From Eledone cirrhosa (Eukaryota), in the NCBI GenBank assembly GCA_964016885.1, contig OZ024750.1, forward strand, positions 4,836,001 through 4,900,000: DNA of 64,000 bases, in the 5' to 3' direction. This document shows, in pieces, positions 1-34,776 of the stretch. The translations under genes were made by a program, and so were the position numbers. Under the pieces are notes generated by a model. The model was not told the origin of the DNA. It did not search any database and saw only the letters and a list, made by a program, of their open reading frames with translations. Position 1 is the first letter of the stretch; every line of letters begins with the position of its first letter.

Positions 1-302
1 ACAATATTAATTTATATATATAAATAAATTGAAAAGTCTGTTCAATTTTTAAAAAGACACGAGTGTTATTGTTTTTTAATATCTAGAATCCTAATAAAAG
101 AAAATAAACGGAACAATTTTATATTTGGAACATTTTTTTTGTTCATCCATCCACCGCAATCGCCCGCTAGGTGTCTCTCTATTATACAGTTTTTTTTGTA
201 ATTTGTAATGTTCACATGTGTGTAAATCGTCAATATTTCTATCTGGAATATTGTCTTTTACTGCATGTGGAATTCCCTCATTTAGTAACCAGTCATTAGG
301 TT

Positions 303-19537
<19,235 letters not shown>

Positions 19538-20054
19538 ACACTGAAATTCACATAGTTATTAATCAAACTGCAGTGACACTAAGAAACATTGATCTACTCT
19601 GATTCCTGTTTGATAAATTTAACATTTTTCATGTTCACCTTTTCTCTCCACAAGTGTAAATGCCCAAACAACATAATTGTGTGTTTGTGTTTTAAGACTC
19701 TCTAAGGACACACATCCATGTGTCTTTTTTTTTATAGACCAAGAAAAGCAGGAATTTGTATTTTTATTAATTTAGAGTACCATTGCCACCAACACAGCCA
19801 TGTTTTTTTTTATACCTGTAAAAACCCAACATCCCACCACTTATTTGTTTTACCTGAACAGAAACTTAAATGGAAATTTTGTTGAAATGAATATTTCTGG
19901 TTTGAAGATTTACTAAATCTAATAATCTCTTTAGTAATCTTCACAGTAAATGTTTGACCAGCAAACCAACCTTTTAAGGAAAACTTGGTTTTTAGTTCAT
20001 CATAAAAGATTCATATAAACCAGTTGTATTTGTCTGACAAGTGATATGGTCTGT

Positions 20055-20340
20055 GATGAAACTAGAGTAATTATTACAGCAAAGAAAAGTCATTTTAGCC
20101 ATTCGAAAAACATACAAAATCTGTTGACTTCACTTTACATACATTTATTTCATGGTGTCAAAATTTCCATAGCTCTGTTTGCAAACTGGTCACTGATAAC
20201 AGTTCCACTGTAAACAGTGGAACAAATTTTGATGCCATGTAAAGTGAAAATTAACAGATTTTGTGGGGTTTTTTAATAGCTAAAATAACTCTTCCATGAT
20301 GCAATTGTTTTATTTTCAACACTGTCTCAGATCAAGTCAG
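20055..20340. repeat. Fold-back element in the presumed KDM1A 3' UTR; relative at 59560-59870
   Basis: Imperfect long inverted arms (cattttagccatt...cactttacat / atgtaaagtg...aatagctaaaat) and inner hairpins. Confidence 0.65.
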
Positions 20341-21002
20341 ATTAGTAGCACTCTAAAATTGGTTTCTCACTAATGTTTTTATCATTATCATTCGATGTTG
20401 TCACATTTTCTCCATCTGTATGTGTGTCGTTTGTGTTGGATTTTCTTTTCACATTTGAATTCAGTTTTTCTCTAAGGCCTGCCCTAAAGCTGGGTTCAGT
20501 GAGGAGCAACACTAACTTTGTAGTGGAAATCACTGCCTGGAATGAAATATTTGATTTGAAAATGTTCTGTATATATAAAGAATGTCTTATTACAGATCGC
20601 TTTTTTTTTTAAAATATTATTTTCATTACTTTACTCTGAAATCCATTGCTAGACATCTTAACATTTAAAATCTATTTCATTCCTAACAATGTTATTTTTG
20701 CCTGAGAAAGCCGAGTGTTGTTTGCAACTGAGAAAACCAATTGTTTCTGGCAATCCAGGAAGCTGTCACCAGATATATTTGTGAACTGACATCGAAGCAG
20801 TTCTGCACTTTCTTTCTCTTCATAAATTTTATTTATTTACCATCCATTGTTCCTAAAAACCTTGACATTATTTCAGATCATGTCACCTATTTACAGTTTC
20901 CATATCAGTCGTGAGAAAGGACCAGCCCATTGCCCAACTATTGTCTATAAACTCCCTTTCAGTATTTTCTGATGGATTTCATATCATTTTCAAATTTTGC
21001 TG

Positions 21003-21008
21003 AATAAA
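21003..21008 (+). terminator. Candidate KDM1A polyadenylation signal
   Basis: AATAAA about 1.5 kb after the stop, followed by a T-rich tract; no transcript data to confirm. Confidence 0.4.
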
Positions 21009-23024
21009 AGAAAAAACATTTTTTTAAAAATAAATCTCCAAAGAATTTCTTTTTTACTCTCTGACATGTAGAGGGTTGTAAAAGCTGTTAATACTGTTGA
21101 GTGTTTTTCTGCTCCTTTCAACTGTTAATGATTGGGAGGTAGAAAATGACAGGTTGCTGGTGAATGGAGGTAAACTGTAAGGTTGTGATTTGGCCTTCTG
21201 ATGAAAGGATTAAATAAAGAAATTGGCATGGGTTGGACAGATTATCAAAGTCTGGTCAGATAACCACATTTTGCTCATACATTCCATGTTTGGCTGGGTT
21301 TATGGCTAGATGCTCTTCCTACCACCAACCAGCTCACAGGCTGTACTGAGTACAAACATGTTTCTTGGAAATATAATTTTCTAATAGGCTTGGCTGTATG
21401 GTTAACCCTTTAGCATTTACATTACTCTATATTTAATATAATATTTTCGTTTTAAAGGCTTTACCTCACATCAAATCTATGAGATTTTGATATTTATTTT
21501 GAGAACAATACCTTAACATCAGTATGAGTGGCTAGTTACGACCAGTTTGAACAGAAAGAGATGATTGAATTCTGGCTGGTTTAAATACTAAAGGGTTAAG
21601 AAGTCTGTTTCATAATCACATGGTCTTGAGTTCAATCCTACTGTGTGGTACTTTGGTGGATAGAAACTGTAGGAAGCCTATTGTGTGTATCTATATATAT
21701 CATTTAATGTTCTTTTTTCACATTAGACTAGATTAGACAGGTTGTCCCATTGTGAGGCAAGCCAGATGACTGTCTTACTCATACAGAACTATTTCTCGCT
21801 TGATGCCCTTCCTCATTTACTGGATGAACTAACCACTTTACAGTATGGACTGGAAGCTTTTGTAGATATATTATAAATTGTGTGGATCTCCAATCTTATG
21901 CCTGAAGAGAGCAGCGCCTTATTTTTTCCCCTCCAAACTTTTAGTGGACACAGCCTAAATACCTTCTTCCTCCCAGCATCCCCTCTTAGACACAACTCTC
22001 ACATTGATTTCATTGTATGAGGATCCAAACAATCCATTCAGTTTGGATGTTTATGTTGGGTATATTTTAGTCCTGCCAAGGATTTACAAGCAAAGGTGAG
22101 GATTACTGGTGTTTGGTATTGCTTTTCTCCTCCCTCTGGTAGATGATGGATTCAAAGTTCCTGATTCATGTTGTCTATGTGACACGATGTTCGCCACACC
22201 TTCCCACTATCATGGATCGCAAAAGACCAGCTTCGAATCATCCTCTTCTGGATGTGAACAATATCCTGACAGACTGAGTCACACTTTTTAGATTTGTGAG
22301 ATTTCCATGCAGGCCTTTGTCATGTTGCTACCACATCACATTAAGGGCCACATGTAGCAACTATCAAGACTCTTAAATGATCCTCCCTAAAGCAATCCAA
22401 CTGCTTAACAACTCTCCATTCACCATGCTAGACCACCCCACAGATAAACAGTTCTTTCTAAATTGGTCATCTATTTGCCACTGGAAATCCTCAATTAAGT
22501 TATAACCATTTCGAGACTAGACTCATCCAGCCCATGTTAGATGGCAATCAGTTAAGTATTAAACATTGACCCATCCAACCCATGCTAGTAGATGTAAAAT
22601 GATGGTGGAGGGCAAGGCTAAGTGCTGCCTTCTCAAAGAAACAATGTCCGAAGGCACTGCCTTTCCACAGTTGTAATTATATTTCAGAAAATAACTGAAG
22701 AAATATTTTATCAAAATATGGCCTCATTGGATGTCAGTAAATTTCTGTGTGGTTTTCTAGAATAAAGATATTCCCCACTAGAGGACCGGGCAGTCTTCTA
22801 GTAAATAACAGAAAAAGCAAAGCAAAAACAAAAAGAAAACAAAAGATAAAAAAGATTTGAAAAGATAAGATTAAAAGTTTATTAAAATTATATAATAACG
22901 ACTTTTTCTCTTTCTTAAAATCCAAGCCGGAAATGTGTGTGTGTGTGTGTGTAGATGTATAGATGTATAGCAAGAATCCACATATACAACACTGTGTGTT
23001 CTTGCAATTATGGTGTATGTGTAC

Positions 23025-23242
23025 ACACACACCACAGAGCAGAACACAGCTAATGTGTGTACACACACGTTTCAAAGTCACACACACACCAGTTAATGTG
23101 TACATACATCCAAAGGACTTACACCACAGTTAATGTATGTGTATACACACACACACACATACATACCAAGGACACGCGCACACACACCACAGTTAATGTA
23201 TGTGTACACACACGTCTCAAGAATACACACACACCACAGTGA
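23025..23242. repeat. CA-rich degenerate minisatellite
   Basis: cacaccacagttaatgt(a/g)tgtgtacacacac units. Confidence 0.75.
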
Positions 23243-23498
23243 ATTAGTGAGAACATATCTTTGGCTAACAAAAGATTGAAACAGTAAGAGATTTGATACA
23301 ATGTTTGAGACAATGACCAGGTGGTTTGTTTAGCCTGGAATACAGTTTCTATGTTTTCTCAGAACAGGCAAATGGTTTCAGCAGCAATTGCTGCTGAGTC
23401 AGATAACATACCAAAGTAGTTAAGGGGAAACATTTTTTTTTTTTTTTAAATTACAAACAAATAAATGCATAATTGAAAAGTTTAAAGTCCAGGCTTAA

Positions 23499-23795
23499 CC
23501 CTTTTCATACCAAACCATCTGAAACTGCTCCTGGTTTTATGGCACAAAATTGTTTATTTTTAACCCTTTTGGTACCAAACCACCCTTAGTTTTATGGTAC
23601 AAAACTGTTTATTTTAACAAATATATTTATTTAAAAGCCTTTATCATAATATTTTAAAGAACCTTTATGTTCTAAACATCAACTTAATTAATCAGAAAGT
23701 TAGTTTATATGACTAAAATCCCTCTAAATTGTTGATTCTTTTCAAAATGATTTGAAAAATTCAGGCAGTGTTTCATTAGAAATATAAGGAAAGGG
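23499..23795. mobile_element. piggyBac-like MITE
   Basis: TTAA-CCCTTT ... AAAGGG-TTAA termini; related copies near 8860-9120, 21403-21600, 26105-26333 and 17063-17350. Confidence 0.7.
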
Positions 23796-26773
23796 TTAAC
23801 TTTTCAACAGTGTTTTGCTTGTTTGAAAAAGAATAAAGTATTTATGACCTGACTGGCTAAAAGACAATATCAGCAGTAAATATTGGCAAGTTGAAACCTT
23901 TCCTCACTAAAGTTCTTTCAATATAAAGTTCCTTCCATACTACATTATTTCCAATAAAACAGTTTAACACATACTAATATATAAACACATCACACAACCA
24001 CTCACACTTACATACAGCATCGGATTATTCCATTCCCCACCCCCAATATATAATGGATTACACCACCCTCCAACAATGGACTATTCTACCTCCCTCTCTC
24101 AACCTACAATAATGGATCATTCCATCCACCTCACCCCTATATATAATGGACTATTCTATCTCCCTCTCAACTTACATTCCATACACCACCCCCAACCTAC
24201 AACACAACATTTCAAGTATTTATAGAAAAACATTTCCTGAGATAGTCAAAGTCGAATGGTTAAGAAGTTCACTTTGCAATCATAAGGTCCCTGGGTTGGA
24301 CCCCACTCTGTGCTGTCTTTGGCATGTGCTATATATACCGTAGTCTTTGGTTCACTCAAACCTTGTCAGTGAAATTGAGTAGACGGAAACTGTTTGGAAG
24401 CCCGTCAGATGTAATTCAGAGGTCCAGCCATGACACACTGAATCTCCCTGAGAATTACGTTAAAGGATTCCCCATGCTTGTAGAATGCTCAGCCACTTAC
24501 ACATTAATTTCATGAGTTTCATCATCATTGATCAAACTGGAACACTGTCGAAACTGACAGAGGTCCATTCAATTATTTATTTTTATATATATACATATAT
24601 ACATATATATGGATAGATAGATAGCTTCATACACATAATGAGGGGCCTAAAAGGTACCAATCCAATACTAGGATCGATGCATCCTCTCTATCTTTCACCT
24701 TCTCTGGAAGAAATCGGCTGTGTTCAGACCTGGAGAGGGGAATGGCTCGGCCAAGTTTAAAGTATCCTAGACACACTGTATGTCTTGATGGTGCCCCTAT
24801 GACTCCACCAGGAGTTATGGGTCCATACAGGGTTACCACACATACAAGGGGTTTGATTACACCGTACATACATGGCTGCCACTGAGCGATCACTAACCTT
24901 AAAGTAGAATGGAATAAAAAGACCAGTGATTAAGAATTATCACAATACACAGATTGCTACAGAACAATGACTGATGTGGGGAATGTACAGGTGGATGTGG
25001 CCCAAGTCTCACACCTATGCAAGTTTTGCTGGCCTCTTATGAGGTTTCATCTCAGAGGTTTTTTTGGGTGCTTTAATGATGAAAAGGGCCCCCCAGTCTT
25101 ATCATGAAAACCAATATGAAATGAAGTGTCTTGCTCAAGAATACAATGTGCAACCTGGTCAAGGAATTGAAGACACTGCTATGATTGAGTCTAATAGACT
25201 ATACACAGTAAGACTACACAAGTCATCAATAGATGAAGACAAGATCAATAGTATTTATTAATTCAATTGTTGGGTGCTGAAGGGTCTGTATCAATAAGTG
25301 GAGTATTTGAAAATAAAACAATATTATAACTTATCATTTGAACCTTCAGTCACTTCCTTTCCTGCCATGCCTCCTTCTTTGATACCAACATTAACTCTCA
25401 ACATCTTCTACCACATCAAACCACATTAGCGAGACATTCTTAAAAGGTACAAAACAGTACTATACATCATATTAAAGTCTTTACTCTAATACAGCAAATC
25501 TTAATAATCTGTTCACTAGTGAAGATACTATAAACATTTCAATTAACAAACCACATGAGCAAGACATTCTTGAAACATACAAAACAGTACTATGACTGCA
25601 TCACCTTAAACATTTAAGTCTTTACTCTAACACTGCACATTTTCACAACAATCTGTCTACTAATAATGATAGTATGAACATTTGAATCAACAAATCTGTT
25701 TTTAGATTATTTTCTGCTAAATCCTTACAGGATCAAAATAACTAACATTGCAACACTAACCAAATATTTATTGATTGGTCACAATTAACAGTGTTTTATT
25801 CTGGTCGTTAACTTTTAGAAATAAGATAGAAAAAGAGTTCATATTGAAATATCCAATAAACTGTCACTAACTATACCGTAGTCACAAATATAGAAATAGT
25901 AAAGCGGTGATATCACCAATTTACCTCACAGTATCACAACCAATAAGATCAATGAGTAAATTATTCAATTAAAAAGTAAACTTCACTATCCAAGAGATAT
26001 TTCTATCACAACAGAAAATAATTCACTAAATAATTACTTTCAATTTTGTTAACTTCTTGACAGTATCTAAGAACTTAATACTTCAAAATGTTCTAAGGAT
26101 TGACTTACCCTTTTTGGTATCAACCCAGCCAAAACTAGCTGCTTCTAGAAACAAAACCACCCATTTTAAAGAATTCCTATTTAAATTAAAATCTTCCAAC
26201 ATAATTTTTTATAAGAACCTATGTTCAGTTACTATCTTAACACTGAAATAATTTAAGTAAATCCATCAAAACTCTTCATCAATTAATTGAAATAGAGAGT
26301 ATTTCTAATGAAATACAGTCAGGAAAGGGTTAAGAGATAAACCAAAATCTAGTTATATTTATACCTTTGTTTATTTACATGGCAGATAAGTTGAAGTGAG
26401 CAACTAAAATAGAAAGGCTACAGTATGTTTGCTGTATGAAGTAACTAAATCACAAGTTGATATGTACAGAAAAGTGTTGAGAAAATCCAAGGGTTGTTGC
26501 ACCATTTGTTAAGCAGGAGGATTGAGAATCCAGATTATAAAGGCGATAGCTTGTACATCCAGAGGAAGGAATGTATTCGGATCAGTTTGATTATTATTAT
26601 TGTATTTAGTCCAAAACTGGATTTGGTATTCAATGTTTTGAGAGGAAATCCATAGAAAATAAGTATTAACTGTTGTAGTAGTAGCTATAAACATGAGGAA
26701 TAGGCTGGAATCAACAGATGGACTATTCACAGAAATTAACTTGGTCAAAAATCCATAGGATCAATTGGTGGTC

Positions 26774-26784
26774 TTATGAAATAT
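26774..26784 (-). CDS. AKIRIN2: Akirin exon 4 coding part (YIS stop)
   Basis: Polypyrimidine tract and ttag|AT ATT TCA TAA complete a SYIS C-terminus matching the conserved SYVS. Confidence 0.85.
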
Positions 26785-29700
26785 CTAACAAAATAGAAAA
26801 TAGAAAAATATTTCCATTTACAGATTAAACAAATATAGGAGAAGGAGAGACAAGAGACAGAGAAGGGGAGATAACAGATAGAGAAGGAGGCAAGAGATAG
26901 AGAAGGGAGAGACAAGAGACAGAGGGGGAGAAAGAGAGAGGGGACAGAGAGAGAGAGAAAGAACAGATAGAAAGGAGAAGACAAATAAAGGAAAAGAAAT
27001 ATTCCAACTTACAAGAAAAGGGTGAATTCACAAATCTTTTGTGTATCATGTCAAGATTGAATTTCAAGAAAGCTTCATACTGCTCTGAAAACAGAAAAAT
27101 ATCATCTTTGTCATTAACAATGGCAACAGTTTTATTAACCCAACAACTGACTCTCAAACTGTTTTTATATTGCCTATGGTTTTCAGGTAAAACTTTAGAG
27201 GGAATTTAATGATATAATTATCATCAAGCTGATGCTGGGAACATAACTTAAAGGTTCTTACATACAATTATGATGGATAGTTTTATATGTATTGCAGAAT
27301 CAGGGAGTTTCAAGTGGTTTGATATCAGTGCTCAAGATTCATTTCAGGGTCTGAGACTGGTGGGAAGGAGGTATACTCAAACGAGACAGGGCCAGGTGGT
27401 GTTGGTGTTAAACCAAGTGACAGTCTACATTTACCACTCAAATAGGTCACAACAGAATTTGAACAAAAAGAGAGAGAACAGATATTGCAAATTATCTTGT
27501 CTCATGATACAATTCCACTGACTCACCTGGATGGATACTTTACTTTATCAACCCTGAAAGGGTGAAAATTAAAGTTGACCTTGGTGGGATTTGAATTCAG
27601 ATCATGGAGAGTTGGAACAAATATGATAAAGTATTTAATCCAACACTCTAAGACAGAAAAAAAGTGAAGGAGAAAATGGTTTATTATGCTGAAATATGGA
27701 CCATGCTGGTACATGATAAAATACACAGTAAGGTAGTAGTGCTGGTACTTTAATAAAATACACCCAGTACATTCTGTAAAGTGGTTAGGGATTCTTAAAT
27801 GTACCCAATATAGCTTGTAAAGTGGCTGAAATATGGAATGCATGAGCAAGATTAAGTCTTTTCAACTCATGCCAGCAAGGAAAAGGGGTGTGGAATGAGG
27901 ATGAGAAAGGTATCTCTGACTTGACAACCCATCAAACCCCCTGCTATGGTGAATAACAGGTATAAAATAATGAGATGTAAGCTTTACCTGCTAATTTATC
28001 TGAAAGTACACTGTTGTATTCCTCTCTAACCTGAGACTCTCTTTCTTTGAGCATTCTTTCACATATCATAGTAACCTGTTTGAAAGTGAACAAAGGTGTA
28101 TCTTTCTTGCTAGGTGAGAATGTATTTTGAGATGATGAACACGATTGGGAAGTGCAGACATCTTGTGGAGGAGGACTATTAGTTCGTTGATAATGTAACT
28201 GGCGCCGACGCTGCAATCTCTTGATCTCCAGACTGATGTTGGCTGCTATATGTTCTGAAATAGAACAATGGCATATTCTACAGTTTATCTATTACATCAA
28301 GCAATCAATTAAAAGATTTTAAAAAAGAAAGAAAAACAAAATCTATAACTTACACCACTGCCAGTTATATCTCATAGGTTTTTTGGGGATGTTTTAATAA
28401 AGACCCCCGTCATATGTTGTTACAGCTCGCACCATTGCAGGTTTAGCTGGCCTCCTATGGGTTATATCTCATAGGTTTCTTGGATGTTTTAATGATGATA
28501 GGAGTCCCAGTGCTTCACTCAAACACAACATGTTGCTTGTTTCAGGTGATGAACTTCAACCTTATGATGAGCCCAGCATTTTAACCTCCAAGTCAATGAT
28601 CTTTACACTGAAGTGAGACCATCAAACTATGGGATTTTTATTTCAGTTTCATATATATATATATATGGACAATGAGCATTGGGTGAAGAAGTGTCAGGAA
28701 ATGCCAGTGGTAGAAAGCCGCAGTAGAAGTAGACCAAGAAAGACCTGGGCAGAGGTTGTGAGAGCTGACCTCAAATCACTGACACACACAAAGGATCGCA
28801 ACAAGTGGAAAGAAACCGTGATGAGAAGGACCAGTCCGACCCATGCAAACGTGGAAAAAAAGGACACAAAAACAATGTTGATATACACACACACTGACAA
28901 CAGACACATATATATATATATATATACAAACAAACATGATAAAGCAGATTTAAAAACGGCAATCATGATGATATATACAAATACATATACACATACTAAC
29001 ATACATTTACATATGTGCACATACACTTACATAAATAGATATATATTTTGATGAAAAACATATGACGGCCATATACCAATAACTCTTATTGTTATATAAT
29101 ACGTATTTCTGTGGCTAATTGAACATGACACAACACAATGATGTCATCTTAGTTAAAGAATCCTTACTGAGGTTCACCAAAAATGAAAAAGATTTAATGA
29201 TAAGGAAGCAGTCAAATTAGAGATGTTGAACTCGTATATACACATACACACATACGTATATATATATATATACACACACACAGATATATGTACACATATA
29301 TATATATATACATACACACATATATATAGAAATATATACATATACACAGATACATATATAAATATACATAAATATATATATACATAAATATATAAATATA
29401 TATACATCCATATATATATATACATAAATATATAAATATATATATATACATACATATATAAATATATATATATACATACATACATAAATATATATATATA
29501 CATACATACATACATATATATACATACATACATATATACACATACACATACATATATATACACATACATATATATATACACATATAGATATATATACACA
29601 TACATATATATATATATACACATACATATATATATATATACACATACATATATATATACACATACATTCATATATATATACACATACATATATATATATA

Positions 29701-29814
29701 TACATACACATACATATGTATATATACACATACATATGTATATATACATATACATATATATATATACACACATATATATATATACACTTATATATATATA
29801 TCTATATATACACT

Positions 29815-29858
<44 letters not shown>

Positions 29859-30545
29859 TATATATATACACATACATATGTATATATACATATACATATA
29901 TATATATACATATACATATGTATATATACATATACATTTGTATATATACATATACATTTGTATATATACATATACATATATATATACACATACATATACA
30001 TATATATTTATATATACATATATATATATATATACACATACATATGTATATATACATATACATATATATATACACATACATATACATATACACATACATA
30101 TACATATACACATACACATACATATATATTTATATATACATATATATATATATATACACATACATATGTATATATACATACATATATATATATATATACA
30201 TACATACATACATATATATATATACATACATATACATACATACATATATATACATACATACATACATACACACATATATATATATATATACATACATACA
30301 TACATATATATATATATATACATACATACATACATACACACATATATATATATATATACATACATACATACATATATATATATATATACATACATACATA
30401 CATACACACATATATATATATATATACATACATACATACATACATACATACACACATATATATACATACACACATACATACACACATATATATACATACA
30501 CATATATATATATACATACATACATATATATATATATACATACAT

Positions 30546-30600
<55 letters not shown>

Positions 30601-30629
30601 TATGTATGTGTATATATATACATGTGTGT

Positions 30630-30663
<34 letters not shown>

Positions 30664-30749
30664 CATCATCATCATCATCATCATTTTACGTCCGCTTTTC
30701 CCTGCAAGCAGGGAAAAGCGGACGTAAAATGATGATGATGATGATGATG

Positions 30750-30797
<48 letters not shown>

Positions 30798-30844
30798 ACA
30801 CACATGTATATATATACACATACATATATATATATACATACATA

Positions 30845-30899
<55 letters not shown>

Positions 30900-31259
30900 A
30901 CATACATATATATATATACACACATGTATATATATACACACATGTATATATATACACATACATACATATATATACATACATATACATACATATATATATA
31001 CATATACACATACATATATATATACATATACACATACACATATATATACATACACATATATACATACACATACACATATATATATATATACATATATATA
31101 CACATATATATATATATACATATATACACACATACATATATATATATATATACATATATACACACATACATATATATATATATATACATATACACATATA
31201 TATATACACATACATATATATATACATACACATATATATATACACATACATATATATAT

Positions 31260-31298
<39 letters not shown>

Positions 31299-31457
31299 TA
31301 TATATATATACACACATATATATATACACACATATATATATATATACACATATATATATATATACACACATATATATATACATACATATACATATATATA
31401 TATATACACACATATATATATATACATACATATATATATACATATATATATATACAC

Positions 31458-31502
<45 letters not shown>

Positions 31503-32094
31503 TACATACATATATATATATACATACATATATATATACATATATATACATACATATATATATATATATATATACATACATATATATATATATATACATA
31601 CATATATATATATATATATATACATACATATATATATATACATATACATACATATATATATATACATACATATATATATATACATACATATATATATATA
31701 TATATACATACATATATATATACATATATATACATATATGTATACATATACATACATATACATATATATACATACATATATGTATACATGTACATATATA
31801 TAAATACATATACATAAATACATATACATACATATATATATATACATAGATATACATATATATACATATACATATATATACATATATACATACATATATG
31901 TATACATATACATATATATACATATATACATACATATATGTATACATATACATATATATACATATATATACATATATATACATATATATATACATATACA
32001 TATATATACATATATATACATATACATATATATACATATATATACATATACATATATATACATATACATACATATATATACATATACATACATA

Positions 32095-32126
<32 letters not shown>

Positions 32127-32191
32127 CATATATATACATACATACATATATATACATACATACATATACATACATACATATATATATATAC

Positions 32192-32225
<34 letters not shown>

Positions 32226-32915
32226 ATATACATACATACATATATATATATACATACATATATAGATTTTGAGTTTATGTTGGTTGTATACCAACACCTC
32301 AGTATGCAGGCTGGAGCACTCGACGAAGTGCGCAGGTTGGTTTGGTTACTCCGGAGTAGTGTAAAATAAAGTTAAATAAAAGTCAAATGATTAAACTTCG
32401 TTTATATATTTCAGTGACAGCCATCTTTGGCTGTGACCTCTTCAGGCAGTTTGAATTAGTATGGTATAGACAAGTACATATGTTGTTTAGGTGTATGATA
32501 TTGTCAATACTCTGATATGCCCAGTTCCTTGCTGGGTTGTTAATTCACTGGGGAACTGGAGTCAGATATGACTCCAGTTCCCCAGTTCCCATACTAATTC
32601 AAACTGCCTGAAGAGGTCACAGCCAAAGATGGCTGTCACTGAAATATATATAGCAGTAATAAACGAAGCTAAATTTTAATCATTTGACTTTTATTTAACT
32701 TTATTTTACATACATATATATATATACATACATATATATATATACATACATACATATATATACATACATACATATATATACATACATACATATATATATA
32801 TACATAGATACATACATATATATACATACATACATATACATACATACATACATATATATACATACATACATATACATACATACATATATATATATACATA
32901 CATATATATATGTAC

Positions 32916-32948
<33 letters not shown>

Positions 32949-32987
32949 CATACATATATACATACATATATACATATATATATACAC

Positions 32988-33020
<33 letters not shown>

Positions 33021-33331
33021 CATACATATATACATACATATATACATATATATATACATAAATATATATACATACATATATACATACATAAATATATATA
33101 CATACATATATATATACATAAATATATATACATACATATACATATATGTATACATATACATACATATATACATACATACACATACATATACATAAATATA
33201 TATACATATATATATATACATATATACACATACATAAATATATATACATATATATATATACATATATACACATACATAAATATATATACATATATATATA
33301 TACATATATACATATACATAAATATATATAC

Positions 33332-33362
<31 letters not shown>

Positions 33363-33413
33363 CATAAATATATATACATATATATATATACATAAATATA
33401 TATACATAAATAT

Positions 33414-33483
<70 letters not shown>

Positions 33484-33565
33484 ATACATATACATATATA
33501 TATATATATATATACATACATATACATATATATATACACATATATATATATATACATACATATAC

Positions 33566-33596
<31 letters not shown>

Positions 33597-34025
33597 TATA
33601 TACATACATATACATATATATATACACATATATATATATACATATATAAACATATATATATATACATATATAAACATATATATATATACATATATATATA
33701 CATATATATATATATACATATATAAACATATATATATACATATATACACATATACATACACATATACACATATATATATACACATATATATATACACATA
33801 TACACATATATATACATATATACACATATATATACATATATACACATATATATACATATATACACATATATATACATATATACACATATATATACATATA
33901 TTCACATATATATACACATATATATATATACATACACATATATATATATACATATATACATACACATATATATATACACATATATATATACATACACATA
34001 TATATATATACATATATACATACAC

Positions 34026-34056
<31 letters not shown>

Positions 34057-34727
34057 CATATATATATACACATATATATATATATACATATATATATACA
34101 TATATATATACATATATATATACATATATATACATATATATATACATATATATATACATATATATATATATACACATATACACATATATATATACATATA
34201 TATATATACACATATACATATATATATATACATATATATATACACATATATATACACATATATATACACATATATATACACACATATATACACACATATA
34301 TATACACATATATATACACACATATATACACACATATATATATATACATATATACACACATATATATACACACATATATATATATACATATATACACACA
34401 TATATATACACACATATATATATATACATATATACACACATATATACATATATATACATATATACACATATATATATATACACACATATATATATATACA
34501 TATATACACATATATATATATACACACATATATATATATACATATATACACACATATATATATATATATACAGATATATATATATATATATACACACATA
34601 TATATATATATATACAGATATATATATATATATATACACATATATATATATATATACATACATATATATATATATATACATACACATATATATATATATA
34701 CATACACATATATATATATATACATAC

Positions 34728-34776
<49 letters not shown>

